A stretch of DNA of 64,000 nucleotides from Cycas panzhihuaensis (lineage: Eukaryota > Plantae > Cycadophyta): the NCBI GenBank assembly GCA_023213395.1, contig CM041465.1, positions 169,081,741 to 169,145,740 of the forward strand. The letters run 5' to 3'. Below, piece by piece: positions 52,488 through 64,000 of the stretch. The notes under the pieces are model-generated. The model did not search any database. It saw only the letters and a list, made by a program, of their open reading frames with translations, and had not been told where the DNA came from. Position 1 is the first letter of the stretch; each line of letters starts with the position of its first letter. The translations under genes were made by a program, and so were the position numbers.

Positions 52488-55136
52488 TGTTGGAGAGGGA
52501 TTTAAAATTAAATATCATAATGCATAATCAATCAACTAGAGGAGACAATATATAAACAGGTGGAAAACCCCTTTAGGGAAGAAAAACCACCATAAAAATA
52601 GTAAAATAATATTGTTAATATATATATTACATCAGCCTTTATGATCATCATTTCTTTTCTCTTTTGCATAATATGAGAGACGAATATATATATATTGAAA
52701 TAGATAATAGCCTATTCAATAGACTTTTAATAATAACTTTACTACTAATAATAATAAATCTAAACTAATATTACATTACGAGATAATATTACATATTTTT
52801 ATAAGGAAATAACATTAATTCTAACATCCCCCTTTAATGTTATCTTTAGCATGCCAATCCCCCTTTAATAAATACTTCATCTATTTTTAGTAATTTATAT
52901 AGCTTGACAAACTTTATTTTAGTAAATAGCTTCATCAACATATCTACAACCTATAAGTCCATAGAATAATAAGAAAGATTAATAGTACTATTATTAATAA
53001 GATTTTAAATAAGCTATTGATATAATTCAATATGTTTGATTCGAGAATGAGTCACAAGGTTAGTAGTAATTATAACAACTCATTAATTATCTACAATTAT
53101 TTAAATAGAAGATGAAAAGAAGAAATTAAGTTCATTTAATAGTGATTTTATCCATAAAGATTATTTATTAACATCTACTAATGTTTGATATTCTACTTCA
53201 ATTATAAATAAAGCAAAAGATTGTGTCTTTTAACTTACCCAAGTGATAGGTAAAGAATTAAGAAAGAAGACATACCTATCTATTAATTTTCAATCATCAA
53301 TGTCACCCACTTAATCAAAATTAGTATAACCTTTTAATTTAAGATTAGATCTAGAATGTTTATAAGTTAAGTTATAATGAATAGTACTTTGAAGATATTA
53401 CAAAATACGTTTGGTTGCTTTTAGTGTGATTGATATGGTTGTTACATATACCTAGAATATAGAGTAATAGCAGAAGAAATAACTAGATGGGTGTGGGCTA
53501 GATGGACGAGACTATTAATAAGTTGACTATATAAGGTTAGATCAAATAGAGGTGTTTAACAAGTAACTAATAGTTTAATTCATAATTGTAATGGGGTAAG
53601 AGCTGGTTTAGAATTTTCTATGTTAAACCTTTTAATTAGATCAAGTATATATTTTGGTTATGATATAGAGATTATTGAATCAAATTGATAGACTTGTAAA
53701 CCTATAAAATAATGGAGAAGGCCTAAATCATTCATCTTAAACTATTCCATAAGAATAGATTTAAGTTAAAAAATGGTAGAAGATAAGGATCCTGTAATGA
53801 TAATGTCATCAATATATAAAATTAGAAGAGTAATATTATAATTTTCTTATTTAAAATAAAGATTAAAATTACTAACACATTTAATATATCTATTTTGATT
53901 AAGATAATTACCTATTTTTTTATACCAAGCTTGATGAGCTTGTTTAGTCTATATAAAGACTTTTTAAGTCTAGAAACAAGATTAAAATTAGTTATAAAAC
54001 TTTCGGGTTAGGACATATAGATTTATTCTTTAAGATCACCATTAAGAAAAGTACTTTTGGTATTCATTTGATGAAATTACGAGCCAAACTTGGTTACAAG
54101 GGAAATAATTACTTTAATAATATTCATTTTAGTGACTAAAGTAAAGGTTTTAGTGTAATCAATGATGTCTATTTAAGAAAAACTTTTTACAAATATATAA
54201 GCTTTATGCTTTTTAATAGCACGTTCAAAGTTGTACTTTGTGTAATAGACCTATTTACAATTAATATAATTCTTCTTTGAAGATAAATCAACTAAGTCAC
54301 ATATAAAATTTTTAAGAAGAGCCTTATATTCAACTCGCATGGCTTATTGCCATATCAAATTTTGTTGAGCCTCTTGAAATGTGCTAGGATCATTATTAGA
54401 CATAAATTTAGCCATCAATATAAAGTTAGCTTGAAGATTTTAAGATCTTATTATTTTAGTATCCAATGTATTACCAATATCAACACCAATAGTTGAAAGA
54501 GTTTTTTTAATCCATTTAGGTTACCTACTGCTTTAGGGTTAAGTAGAAGAAGATGGTACTTTAGATTCATTTATATCAAATAAAATATAATTTTAGATAT
54601 ATGTATTGATAAATTTCTAATAATTTTATTATCAACTTATTTTTTAGATGAATTATATAAAGTGTTATTAGTTAAAACTTTGTCAACAAGAAGAGACACT
54701 TAATTAAAATTAGTGTTAGATGAAGATTTTTCTTCATCAAATTTGATATCATGCCTGATTAATATAGTATACTTAACTATATCTAATAAATAATAAGCTT
54801 TACTTTCTTTATTGTAACTAACAAAGATAAACTTTAAACTTTTTAGATCAAGTTTTTATCATTTTTCTTTAGGAATATGTACCCAAGCAATACTACCAAA
54901 GACTTTTAAGTATTTAATTGAAAGTTTATGGCTAGACCATTTTTTTTTTAGTATAATGTTATTTAATGTTTTATTAGCTAATCTATTCAAAAGATAATTA
55001 GAATAAACTAGATCTTCTGCCCATAATTTTAAATCTAGGCTTTTAGCATGAACCATGCAACTAATTATTTTAATCAGCATATAGCTATTATGTTCTATAA
55101 TATCATTTTATTGAGGAGTACAAGCAACTAACAGTT
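52488..55136 (-). mobile_element. 3' half of a degenerate Ty1/copia (3' LTR 52488-52826, RH, RT, partial INT), cut by the insertion at 55137
   Basis: TG..CA LTR and PPT tccccct at 52827; KHIEL, KKSLY, LKVFGSIAWVHIPKEK motifs. The remainder lies beyond the window. Confidence 0.9.
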
Positions 55137-55942
55137 TGATCCAAATTTAAATGAAAAATTAAAAACTTAGTCTAATTAAAACAAATTCAGAATAATATAT
55201 AATAATGTTACATTATATTTGAAAATAATTTGATTTTTCTTACAAAAGTTCTGTATTTTTTCTCTCTACTAAGCATGAACGAATTGCTACAATAATTTGG
55301 GAGTGTAGGGAAGTGTGATGTACATGTTTTGGACTGCTATGCACTCTTTGGTGTCTCTTTTGGTGATTCTCGTAAAGAGTTTTCACTGTTGTTTAGCTAT
55401 AAACCCCTATTTAGAGAAGTTTTCTATTGGGCATCTTCTTTGGACTGTTGTGGCTAGAATTTCTTCTCTTTCAGCTATGTTTGAGTCTTTCTCAGATTCT
55501 TCAACCACTCATGAATATATATGGGCTATTTCTAAAGTCCCATAGATGTATTTTTCTCTATTGCACTTCTATTTTCTCCACTTTTAGCTGTGTAGTCTTT
55601 TGTTTGGAACCATTTTTCTTCTTGGGGAAACTACTCTAAGTTCTTTTTGGCATCTTCTCACTTCTTTAGCTGCATCTACAAATGTTGGGCACTCCTTTGT
55701 TAATTTCTAAGTGAATCCACATGGATTTAAACCCTGTTAGGTTTATTTTCTTCTCAAATGTTTTTTCCATTTCCTTTTTAATTAGTTGATAAAATAGATT
55801 TAAATCTATTAAAATCTTCTTTTTCCTTCTTTTAATGAGAGAGGACATATGTCACGTTATCCTCACAAACTTTGTGTCAAACAAAATTTATTTTATCTGT
55901 CAAAATTCATTTTTTCTTTTTTTCTTTTTTTTTTCCTATTTT

Positions 55943-56070
55943 TGGGTTGCACCAATAGGTCTTTTGGTTGCATCAATAGGTTTTTAGGTTGCACTAATTG
56001 TTCTTCAGGTTGCACTAATAGGCTTCTTAATTGCACTGATAAACTTCTTGGTTACACTAGCAGACTTCTC
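55943..56070. repeat. ~21-bp tandem repeat x6 (ggttgcacyaatagg...) in CRM LTR
   Basis: Direct reading. Confidence 0.85.
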
Positions 56071-56801
56071 ATTTAAATTTTTAAGCATCTAGTAGACATT
56101 TTTTTGCCAAATGAAGGTTAGAAACATGAAAAATAATAATAACAAGGCATTTTATACTCATTTTAAAAAGTATTATAAAATTACAAATCCAAAAATAGAT
56201 CATAACTCCTCTTTTTTTAAGACTTCATGACCTCATGAACCTTATAATTATAGATGAGAGAATTTGACTTTCCCTTTCTCCTTGTTGTACCATTTTACTT
56301 TGTTGGGTACTTGTCTTTTCTCCATAATCCTAAAGGACTCAATCATGTCTCTTCTAGTTTCAATCTACTTCCTTTGAAGAATGCAATCATTTTGCATTGG
56401 TTCCTCTTTCTCTACTCGTAACTCCTCTGGATTTGGAAAAAGTAGAACTCTGCCTTCATTTTCATCTAATATTGATGGCTTAAAGATCTTCATATTCTCA
56501 ACATTCATAACTGAATATATCTTCATGAATTCTAGAAGTTCAAGATAAAAAAATATTTTTCCCAATCTTCTTCAAGATTGTAAAAGGACCATAATGTATA
56601 GGCTTTAGATTTTTACCTCCACCTTGCAATTGTTTCTTACTAAGATACAACTAAACTCTATCTCTTTTTTTTTTTATAAGGTAAAATAATATTAGAAGGG
56701 GTTTTAACTAGGTCCCCAAACCTTGTACATCATAGCCCATTGGCTTAAGTAAGATAACCATGACAAGCCCATGGTCTAGCCCTGATTAATGAAGAACCCA
56801 C

Positions 56802-59800
56802 TCAAACTTCCTTGTCTGCCAATCTTGTATGTGCATCAGTCCTAACCAGACTCAAAAGCTCTTCTGGGAAGTCCTCCTTCCAAATCTTTGTACTTTTATT
56901 AAGCACAGCCCAATTTTCCAACCAGTCTACTGCTTAATTCCCTTTCCTATAGGTATGTTGGATCTGAACACTCAACTTGGAGCTCAGGATGTCTTGCACA
57001 TTGCTGATAATTTCTTTATTATTCCATCCTGGCTCTGCCTCCCCCCTTAAACACTTGATCACATATATGGAATCCCCTTCTACAACCACTTTATGTACCT
57101 CTTCCTCGTCCATCAAAGCTACCGCCCTTTGCATGGCCCGTATCTCTGCTTTTTTATTTGATTGGATACCAAAATACTCCGCAAAAGCCTATTTCATATT
57201 CCTCGTATGATCCCTACAGAGACCTCCCTCACCCGCCTCTCTGAGGTTTCCTTTAGTAGCTCCATCAAAGTTAACTTTTTCCCAGGTTGCTTTTGGTGGG
57301 TTCCAATAAGTAGCTCTCCTCCTCTCACTACCACCCTTCGGATAGCCAATGCCCCATGCCTCAAGGATACCTTCTTCCCCCTTAGGGATCCTATCCTCCT
57401 TTGGAGGGACTAACATTTCTTGAATGCCCCTCCTGATCTCAACGAATAATTTCAAGCTATCCATCTCTTTACTTTGAAAATTTCTCCTATTGCGCTCCTT
57501 CCAAATGTACCATGTACCTACTGGGAGAATCATCTTCTAGAATCTGCCAAGCATTTTGCTCTTAAATGGAGGATCCCAAGCCAGCCATTAATCTTTCAGA
57601 AATTTAGGAAAGACCCATACTGTACCCAGCCTAGACCAAAAGCCTTCCCAAATTCCTTTAGAATAGGGGCAATGAATAATGAGATGATCCAGGGACTCAG
57701 CTTCCTCCTTACATAATTCACACCTGTTCACCATATGAAAACCCCGCTTCAAGAGGTTATCCATTGTTAAAATTTTATTTTGCAGATAGAGTCACTAGAA
57801 AGCTACAATCTTCGAAAGAAGCCCTAGCTTTCAAACCCTAGCTAGCATGTCATTCGTAACCTCTCCTTCTCTAACCAGCATCAGATTATATCCATCTTTA
57901 ACTGTGTATGAGCCCAAAGACGATAGGGGCCATAATAATGAGTCTGAAGAAGTCTGCTTCAGGATATACTGGTTTTCTAAAACCCCTTTCACTCTCTGAA
58001 TCTCCTCCTTGAACCCTTGTAACTCCTCAAAAGATCTCCAAATCCTATTCTTGCCCTGCCCCACCCAGTAATGCTTGACTAGGGTTCCGTATTTATTCTC
58101 ACACGCCCTCTTCATGTTACCGATATCTAGCATCTCCTCTAACTTAGAGGACCCATACCACTTGTCTTCCCAAAACCTTATACTTTCTTTGTCTCCTAAT
58201 CTCCATCGCATACCTTCGTGTAAGATGGAATGCGTAGACCAGATATCTTTCTAAATGGGGGATCCTAATGAGCTACACTCCTCGTCCATCAAGAAGTGTT
58301 TATCCCGTAAGTATTTCCTAGCTAAAATTTTTCCCCACACTGAACCTACTTCTTTGGTTAGTCTCCACCCTATCTTGGCTAGGAGAGCTCCATTAAAGAG
58401 ACCCAGCCTTCTAACGTTGAGACCTCCTACCCACTTGGGCTTACAAACCTTTTCCCATGAGACAAGATGGAATCTGTTTCTATCTTCAGCCCCAGCCCAA
58501 AGAAATCTCTTCATAATGCCCTCGAGGGTAGATATAACCTTGCCTAGCATCTTGAATAATGACATTTAGTAGACTGGAATGCTCTGGAGAGAGGCTACCA
58601 CAAGCTAAATTTTCCCAACCCAGCTTAGGAGCGTCTCTTTCCATTCAGCTAACTTTCTGTTAAACCTACGCATAATGGGATCCCATAGATTCTTAACCAT
58701 CTTACCTACAAAGAGTGGCATCCCCAGATATGAGGTGGGAAGGGGTCTATTAGAGATTTCCAGAATCCTATTGATCCATCTCTGCAGCCTGTTTATTGTA
58801 TTGATAAAGAATACTAAGCTCTTATCTAAATTAATTCTTTAATTGGTAGCCCTCTCATATGCCTGGAGACCTGCTTTCAAGGCCTTAGCCTCTCCCAGGG
58901 AAGCCCTACACAGAAAGATGTTGTCGTCAACAAACTGATGATGGATAATATTATCCAAATTAGAAGATGGCTTTAGCCCTAATATCCACCCTAGCCTCTG
59001 AGCCTCCACTATAGCTCCCCCTAGAAATTATGTCATAATTATGAAGAGGAAGGGTGAAAGGGGGTCTCATTATCTCAAACCCCTATAACTAGGAAAGAAG
59101 GAAATCGACCTCCTGTTTAGAATCACTGAAAATGAAACCTTGGATATGCAGCATCTCATCCATTCCCTCCAAACCTCCCCAAAACCAAATGCTTTTAAAC
59201 AATACAACAAATAATCCCATGCCACCCTATCGTAGGCCTTGGATATATATGTTTTTATTATCATACCTACCTCCTTCCTGTGAAAAGTCAAGTGCATTGT
59301 TTCGTGTACTGTAATAATACCATCCATAATTTGTCTGCCCTTAACAAAGCCATCCTGATTTGGAGAGATGATGGCTGGAAGGCACTCCTTAAGACGGTTC
59401 ACCAACACCTTAGCTAGAATTTTATATTTTATATTACAAAGGTTGATAGGTCTAAAATCTTCCATTACATATGCCCCCTCCTTCTTCGGGATCAAGACCA
59501 AAAAGGTGGCCTACCATTCTTTCAAAATTGTTCTCCTATGGAAAAATTCATTTAGTGCCAAAATTAAATCATCCTTGATGATATCCCAAAATTCTTGAAA
59601 GAATCTGGGGGTGAATCCATCTGGCCCCAGGGCCTTATCCTTACCCATTTTGAATAAGGCTTTCTCAACTTCGTCTTAAGAAAAGGGTTCTATCAATTTA
59701 CTATTTTGAGCTTTGGAAATGACATTTAGAATATATTATATAAGGCCAGCTCTTAGGTCAGGATCTTGACACCCAGGTTCTACATATAACTCCTTAAAGT

Positions 59801-61009
59801 AGTCCAATGCAATTCCTCTAAACTAATCCTCTGACTCGATCATAATCCCATCCTTCTTTTGAAGTTTATTGATCCTATTGTGGGCCCTATGCTTCATGGT
59901 AGACAGATGGAAGAACTTAGTATTTCTATCCCCCTCCCTTATCCATAGCTCCCTGGATTTCTGTTTCCAGTGGAGTTCCTCCCTAAATAGCACCTTGTCT
60001 AGTTTGTTGGTGGTTAATTATTCAGATAGATCCAAGTCCACAGATCTTCCCTCAATTTGGATCCTATCCTCAATCTTTTTTAGCTCCTCTAGTAAGGCAC
60101 CTTTGTCTTCAAAAATATCTCCAAAGACCTCCTTATTCGAGGCTTTAATTTGTTATTTAATCTAGTTTAACCTCTTTGAGAACCTGAACATAACGTATCC
60201 AGGAACTGAAATTTCCCACCATTCTCTGATCCTCTCCCTAAGATCTGGATGCTTTTCCCACATAAGTTTGAAGTAGAAGGGTGCCCCCACATGTTTTCCT
60301 AGGAGGGACCCCTCTAGAACTAGCGAGGAGTGGTCCGATCCAGTTTTTGGGAGAGCCTCTAGTTTAATTCCTTTGAAATGGCATGACCATTCATAATTGG
60401 TTAGCATTCTATATAACCTACATTGGATGTGATTATGTCCCAACTGCCTGTTAGACCAAGTATACCTGGCTCCCTTAAGGGGTACATCCATCAGACCCCC
60501 TGATTATAAAAGCTCTCCAAAGTCTGACATACTTCTGGTCTACCCTTCCTGCCCACCTTTCTTTTCCTCTGAATTAGAGGCATATTGAAGTCCCCAGTAA
60601 CCAGCTAGGGGCCTACCCAATCTTTATGTGCCTCCACCAACCTTTCCCATAAACTCTTCCTCCCCTCAAGAGTTGTAGGGGCATAAACATTAGTAATCCA
60701 ACACACCTTATTTGTCTGCATACAAACTAAATATAAGGTTATGAAATATTTACTTTTGACCACCTTGTAACCCTTCCATCTGTTTGGGTTCCATAGAGAG
60801 ACTAGCCCTCCAGAGCCCGCTGAACCTGCAACCATCCTGCCTTCTCCCCTTCTCCAGATCTTGTTGAGCACCTCTCTTTCCTTGATCTAATCCAATTTTG
60901 TCTCTTGCAAAAGAACTAAATCCACATCTATCCTTATCCTCATTTCCTTTACCAATCTTTGCTTTGATGGTGCATTAAGGCCCCTTATATTCTAAGAAAG
61001 GACCTTCAT
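56802..61009 (-). pseudogene. LINE ORF2 (APE endonuclease, RT, zf-RVT, RNase H-like), disrupted
   Basis: MKVLS*NIRGLNAP start; NVYAP, GDFN, SDH; DFRPINLCN, SKAYDRV, QFVDD; WYIWKERNRR; KVNFDGATKGN, VEGDS. Confidence 0.95.
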
Positions 61010-61035
61010 GGAAATCCCCCTGCCTTCATCCTTTC

Positions 61036-61850
61036 TTACTTCTGAGGGTAAGACCCTCTAATACCCCCCCCCCCCCCCCTCTCCTTTAAAGTACTCTGGT
61101 AACCCATATCAATCTGGGCCATTGTTTCCTTCTCCCTAGTTACCTTTTTGGGAGGTCTACCTACCTTCTTCTCTATCCCATAGTCAGGAGCCTTCTTCGG
61201 ATCCGGCACATTACCTTTTAAGACCCCTTTTCGAGTCTCACCTTCCCTCTTTTCTGGTTCTGATCCTTTAACCCCAGCTCTAGTAGCACTTTCTGCTATG
61301 GTTCCTGCCTGACCCTCTGCTTGGGCAGGGTCCTGAAGGCCCCCTTCTTCTATCTCTAAGAAGTAATCCTCCAAATCCCAATTGATGTTCTTCATAAGCT
61401 GAGCCAGAGCTAGCTCTACCGTAGTTAGGGGAATGTCTCCTCCCATTGTCACCCAACCAACATCCATTATCTGATCTTGGGGCACTCTACCGATGATCCC
61501 AAAACTGAGAATGTTGTGTGTCCTATGCTTCTGATGATTTCTTCAACATTGTTCTCACCTCTACCTACCTCTTCTTCTTTCTCTTTACTGACATCTTCCT
61601 GGGCTTCCTTGTCATTACCTATTCCCAAAGCCACTCCAACCTTTATTTTATCTTCAAGACAAACCATTGTCGTACCCTGTTCCAGAATCGATACCTGACC
61701 TAATCTACTTTGGATCTTGTCATCAATAACATCCATTGCTTCACCTCTAAATACCTCGTTTCCTTCTCCTTCTATCTCTTTTTTGTCCATTACCTTAATT
61801 GCCTTATCCATGCCTATTTCTGAGGCCTCCCCTTTGATTGCTTCAATTTC
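61036..61850 (-). pseudogene. LINE ORF1 C-terminal remnant
   Basis: Charged low-complexity ORFs ending KKVGRPPKK...QSTL directly upstream of ORF2. Confidence 0.7.
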
Positions 61851-64000
61851 TCAAAAGTAGAACTCTGCCTTCATTTTCATCCAATATAGATGGCTTAAAG
61901 ATCTTCATATTCTCAACATTCATAACTGAATATATCTTCATGAATTCTAGAAGTTCAAGCTAAAAAATATTTTTTCCAATCTTCTTCAAGATTGTAAAAG
62001 GACCATAATGTATAGGCTTTAGCTGTTTACCTCCACCTTACAATCGTTTCTTACTAAGATGCAACTAAACTCTATCTCCTTCTTTAAATGAATAACTAGT
62101 TCTATATGTATCATACCTCTGTTTATATCTCTGTTGAGATTTTTAAAGCTTCTCCTCAACCTGTTAATGGATTTTTCTGATTCTTTTTAAGAATCTTTGT
62201 ACCTTCTCTTATCCTTCCTCCTCCTTTCCATTTCCTATAGAAAGTTGAGTGAAAATTTCTAGATCGAATAGACTTGCAAGTAGAAATCCCAAATATACCT
62301 CAAATAGTGATTTCTGAGTTGAGCTATGGATATCTCTATTGAAGGTAAATTGAAAGTATGAGAGACTTTCATCCCAAGTCTTAGGGTGCTTAGCATTATA
62401 TCCTCTTAATAGTTGTACCGACATCTTATTGACAACTTCAATTTGGATGTCTATTTGAGGATGAAAATATGTGCTCATCTTCAGCTCTGTGTTTGTCACC
62501 CAAAGTGTTTTCCAAAAATAGTTCAAAAATCTACTATCTTGATCAGAAATGATTAAGTTGGGAAGCCTAAAATACTTCCAAATATGCTAGAAAAATAATC
62601 TAGCCATGTCTTCTCTTGTATGTGTCTTACTATAGGGGATCAACACCACTATTTTACTGAATTGATCAACAACTACAAACAAATAATCTATACCATTTTT
62701 GGCCTATGGAAATCCTCTAAGGAAATCCATGGAGATACTCCCCCATGGTCATGATGGAATAGGAAGTGGAGTGTATAATCTAAACTTCCTATTGGCTAGC
62801 TTTGATGTGCTATACAATGTACATTCTCATACTACTATAGTTATGACCTATTGCATATTGGTCCAATATATATATCATTGTAAATTCAGCAATGTTTTTC
62901 CCACTCCAAAGTATCTTGTAACTTGAGAGGTATGAGCTTCTCTTACCTATTTCATTTGGTCTGCATGCTTTAGAATGCAAAGCTTGTCTTGCTTAAAGAG
63001 TATGCCATCTTTTAGCTAAAAATCAGTAACTATTTTTTCCTAATGTAGCTACTCCCAGATAGGCTTGAATGCTTTATCTTCCAAATACAAATCAACATAT
63101 TCATCATGGAAAAAAGGCTAAAATTATAAAGCTACTAACAACCTTGAAATACCTTACTATTGAGGAGGTCTGGACAGTAAGTCTATAATCTTGTTTGTTG
63201 TGCCTTTCTTATATTTGACCACGATGTGAAATTACTACAAATAGGATATCTACTTCATGTGCCTAGCCTGCTACAATTTGGACTGATTCTATAAGAATTG
63301 TAAAGGCTTGTGGTTGGTGTGGATGACTGCCTCTTTTCCCAACAAATAGGGTCTCTAATGCTTGACTACTTCGCGAAATGTATAGAGCTCCTTATCATAA
63401 GTTGGGTATGATAGCTCTATTAAATATCTTCAAATGGTATGATATTAATCTTTCCTCTTACTTTAACACTACTCTCATGGCATAGCCTAAAGCATCAATC
63501 TCAAATTTAAATAGTTTCTATAATGAGGGTAAGTCTAAAACTAGTGCCTCATAGATTTTCTACTTTAAAATCTTAAAAATCTTTCTCTTATTCATTCCCC
63601 CAAATAAACTTTGTATGTCCTCCCTTCAATACATGAAGAGGTGCTATAATTTGAGAGAATTTAAAAATAAATTTTCCTTAATACTAACATATACCAATGA
63701 AACTTCTTACCTCTGTGGTTGTCTTGGGTGTGGGTCAAGTGAGAATGACTCTAATCTTTGCTGGGTCAATCTTCAATTCTCCTCCTCCAACTACAAAACC
63801 CAAGAAGATGAGAGATTACTTTCCAAACTCATACATTTTCAAATTAAGTTTCAGCTACTATTCTTGGAGAGTTTTGAGCACTTACTCAATATGTTTGAAG
63901 TGCTCCTCCCAAGTATGACTGAAAATCAGAATATCATCCAAATAAACAATTATAAAGTCATTAATAAAGAGCCTTAATACCTAATTCATTAACCTCATGA

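Larger units (their letters stand above)
56665..61852 (-). mobile_element. 5'-truncated L1-clade LINE
   Basis: poly(A) tail (T-run 56665-56675), ORF2 and C-terminal ORF1; flanked by a direct duplication 56438-56664 / 61853-62078. Confidence 0.95.
55137..64000 (-). mobile_element. Second, older CRM-like chromovirus (3' LTR 55137-56202, INT/RH/RT), runs off the window
   Basis: TGATC...GATCA LTR and PPT at 56203; pol 56242-56664 and 61853-64000 is colinear with 28179-30520. Confidence 0.93.

Overview
Plant nuclear repeat-rich DNA, probably from a large-genome seed plant (gymnosperm-like; inferred from the TE types). It contains no intact host gene. The window is a stack of nested, heavily C>T/G>A-decayed retroelements whose boundaries I resolved from LTR pairs, PBS/PPT and 5-bp TSDs. 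The outer host is an old plus-strand Tat/Athila-type Ty3/gypsy element (~2.2-52.1 kb) interrupted by four insertions. (i) A gag-only copia derivative (2896-8059) carries an NF-YC fragment and a solo LTR. (ii) A second solo LTR of the same family lies at 9595-10245. (iii) A Ty1/copia spans 10359-16583. (iv) A non-autonomous LTR element (20376-45555) has an interior made of captured host mRNA: a full-length intronless PETC (chloroplast Rieske) copy plus CCD4-like, ABC1-kinase-like and PLS-PPR fragments. The 5' LTR of (iv) is split by a 21.7-kb Tat-like element (23844-45523) that lacks RT/INT but keeps an antisense plant-mobile-domain (PMD) gene and a stand-alone archaeal-type RNase H. That element in turn hosts a CRM-type chromovirus (26952-34053). 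The right end holds a copia, interrupted by a second CRM-type element, interrupted by an L1 LINE with a ~227-bp flanking duplication. Most notable: the multi-gene mRNA cargo, the divergent PMD/aRH cassette shared by both Tat elements with a recurrent GGTACC-centred palindrome, duplicated PPT/LTR-end junctions, and covarying hairpins over copia PPT/LTR junctions. All protein assignments come from manual translation and remembered family motifs, not database searches.
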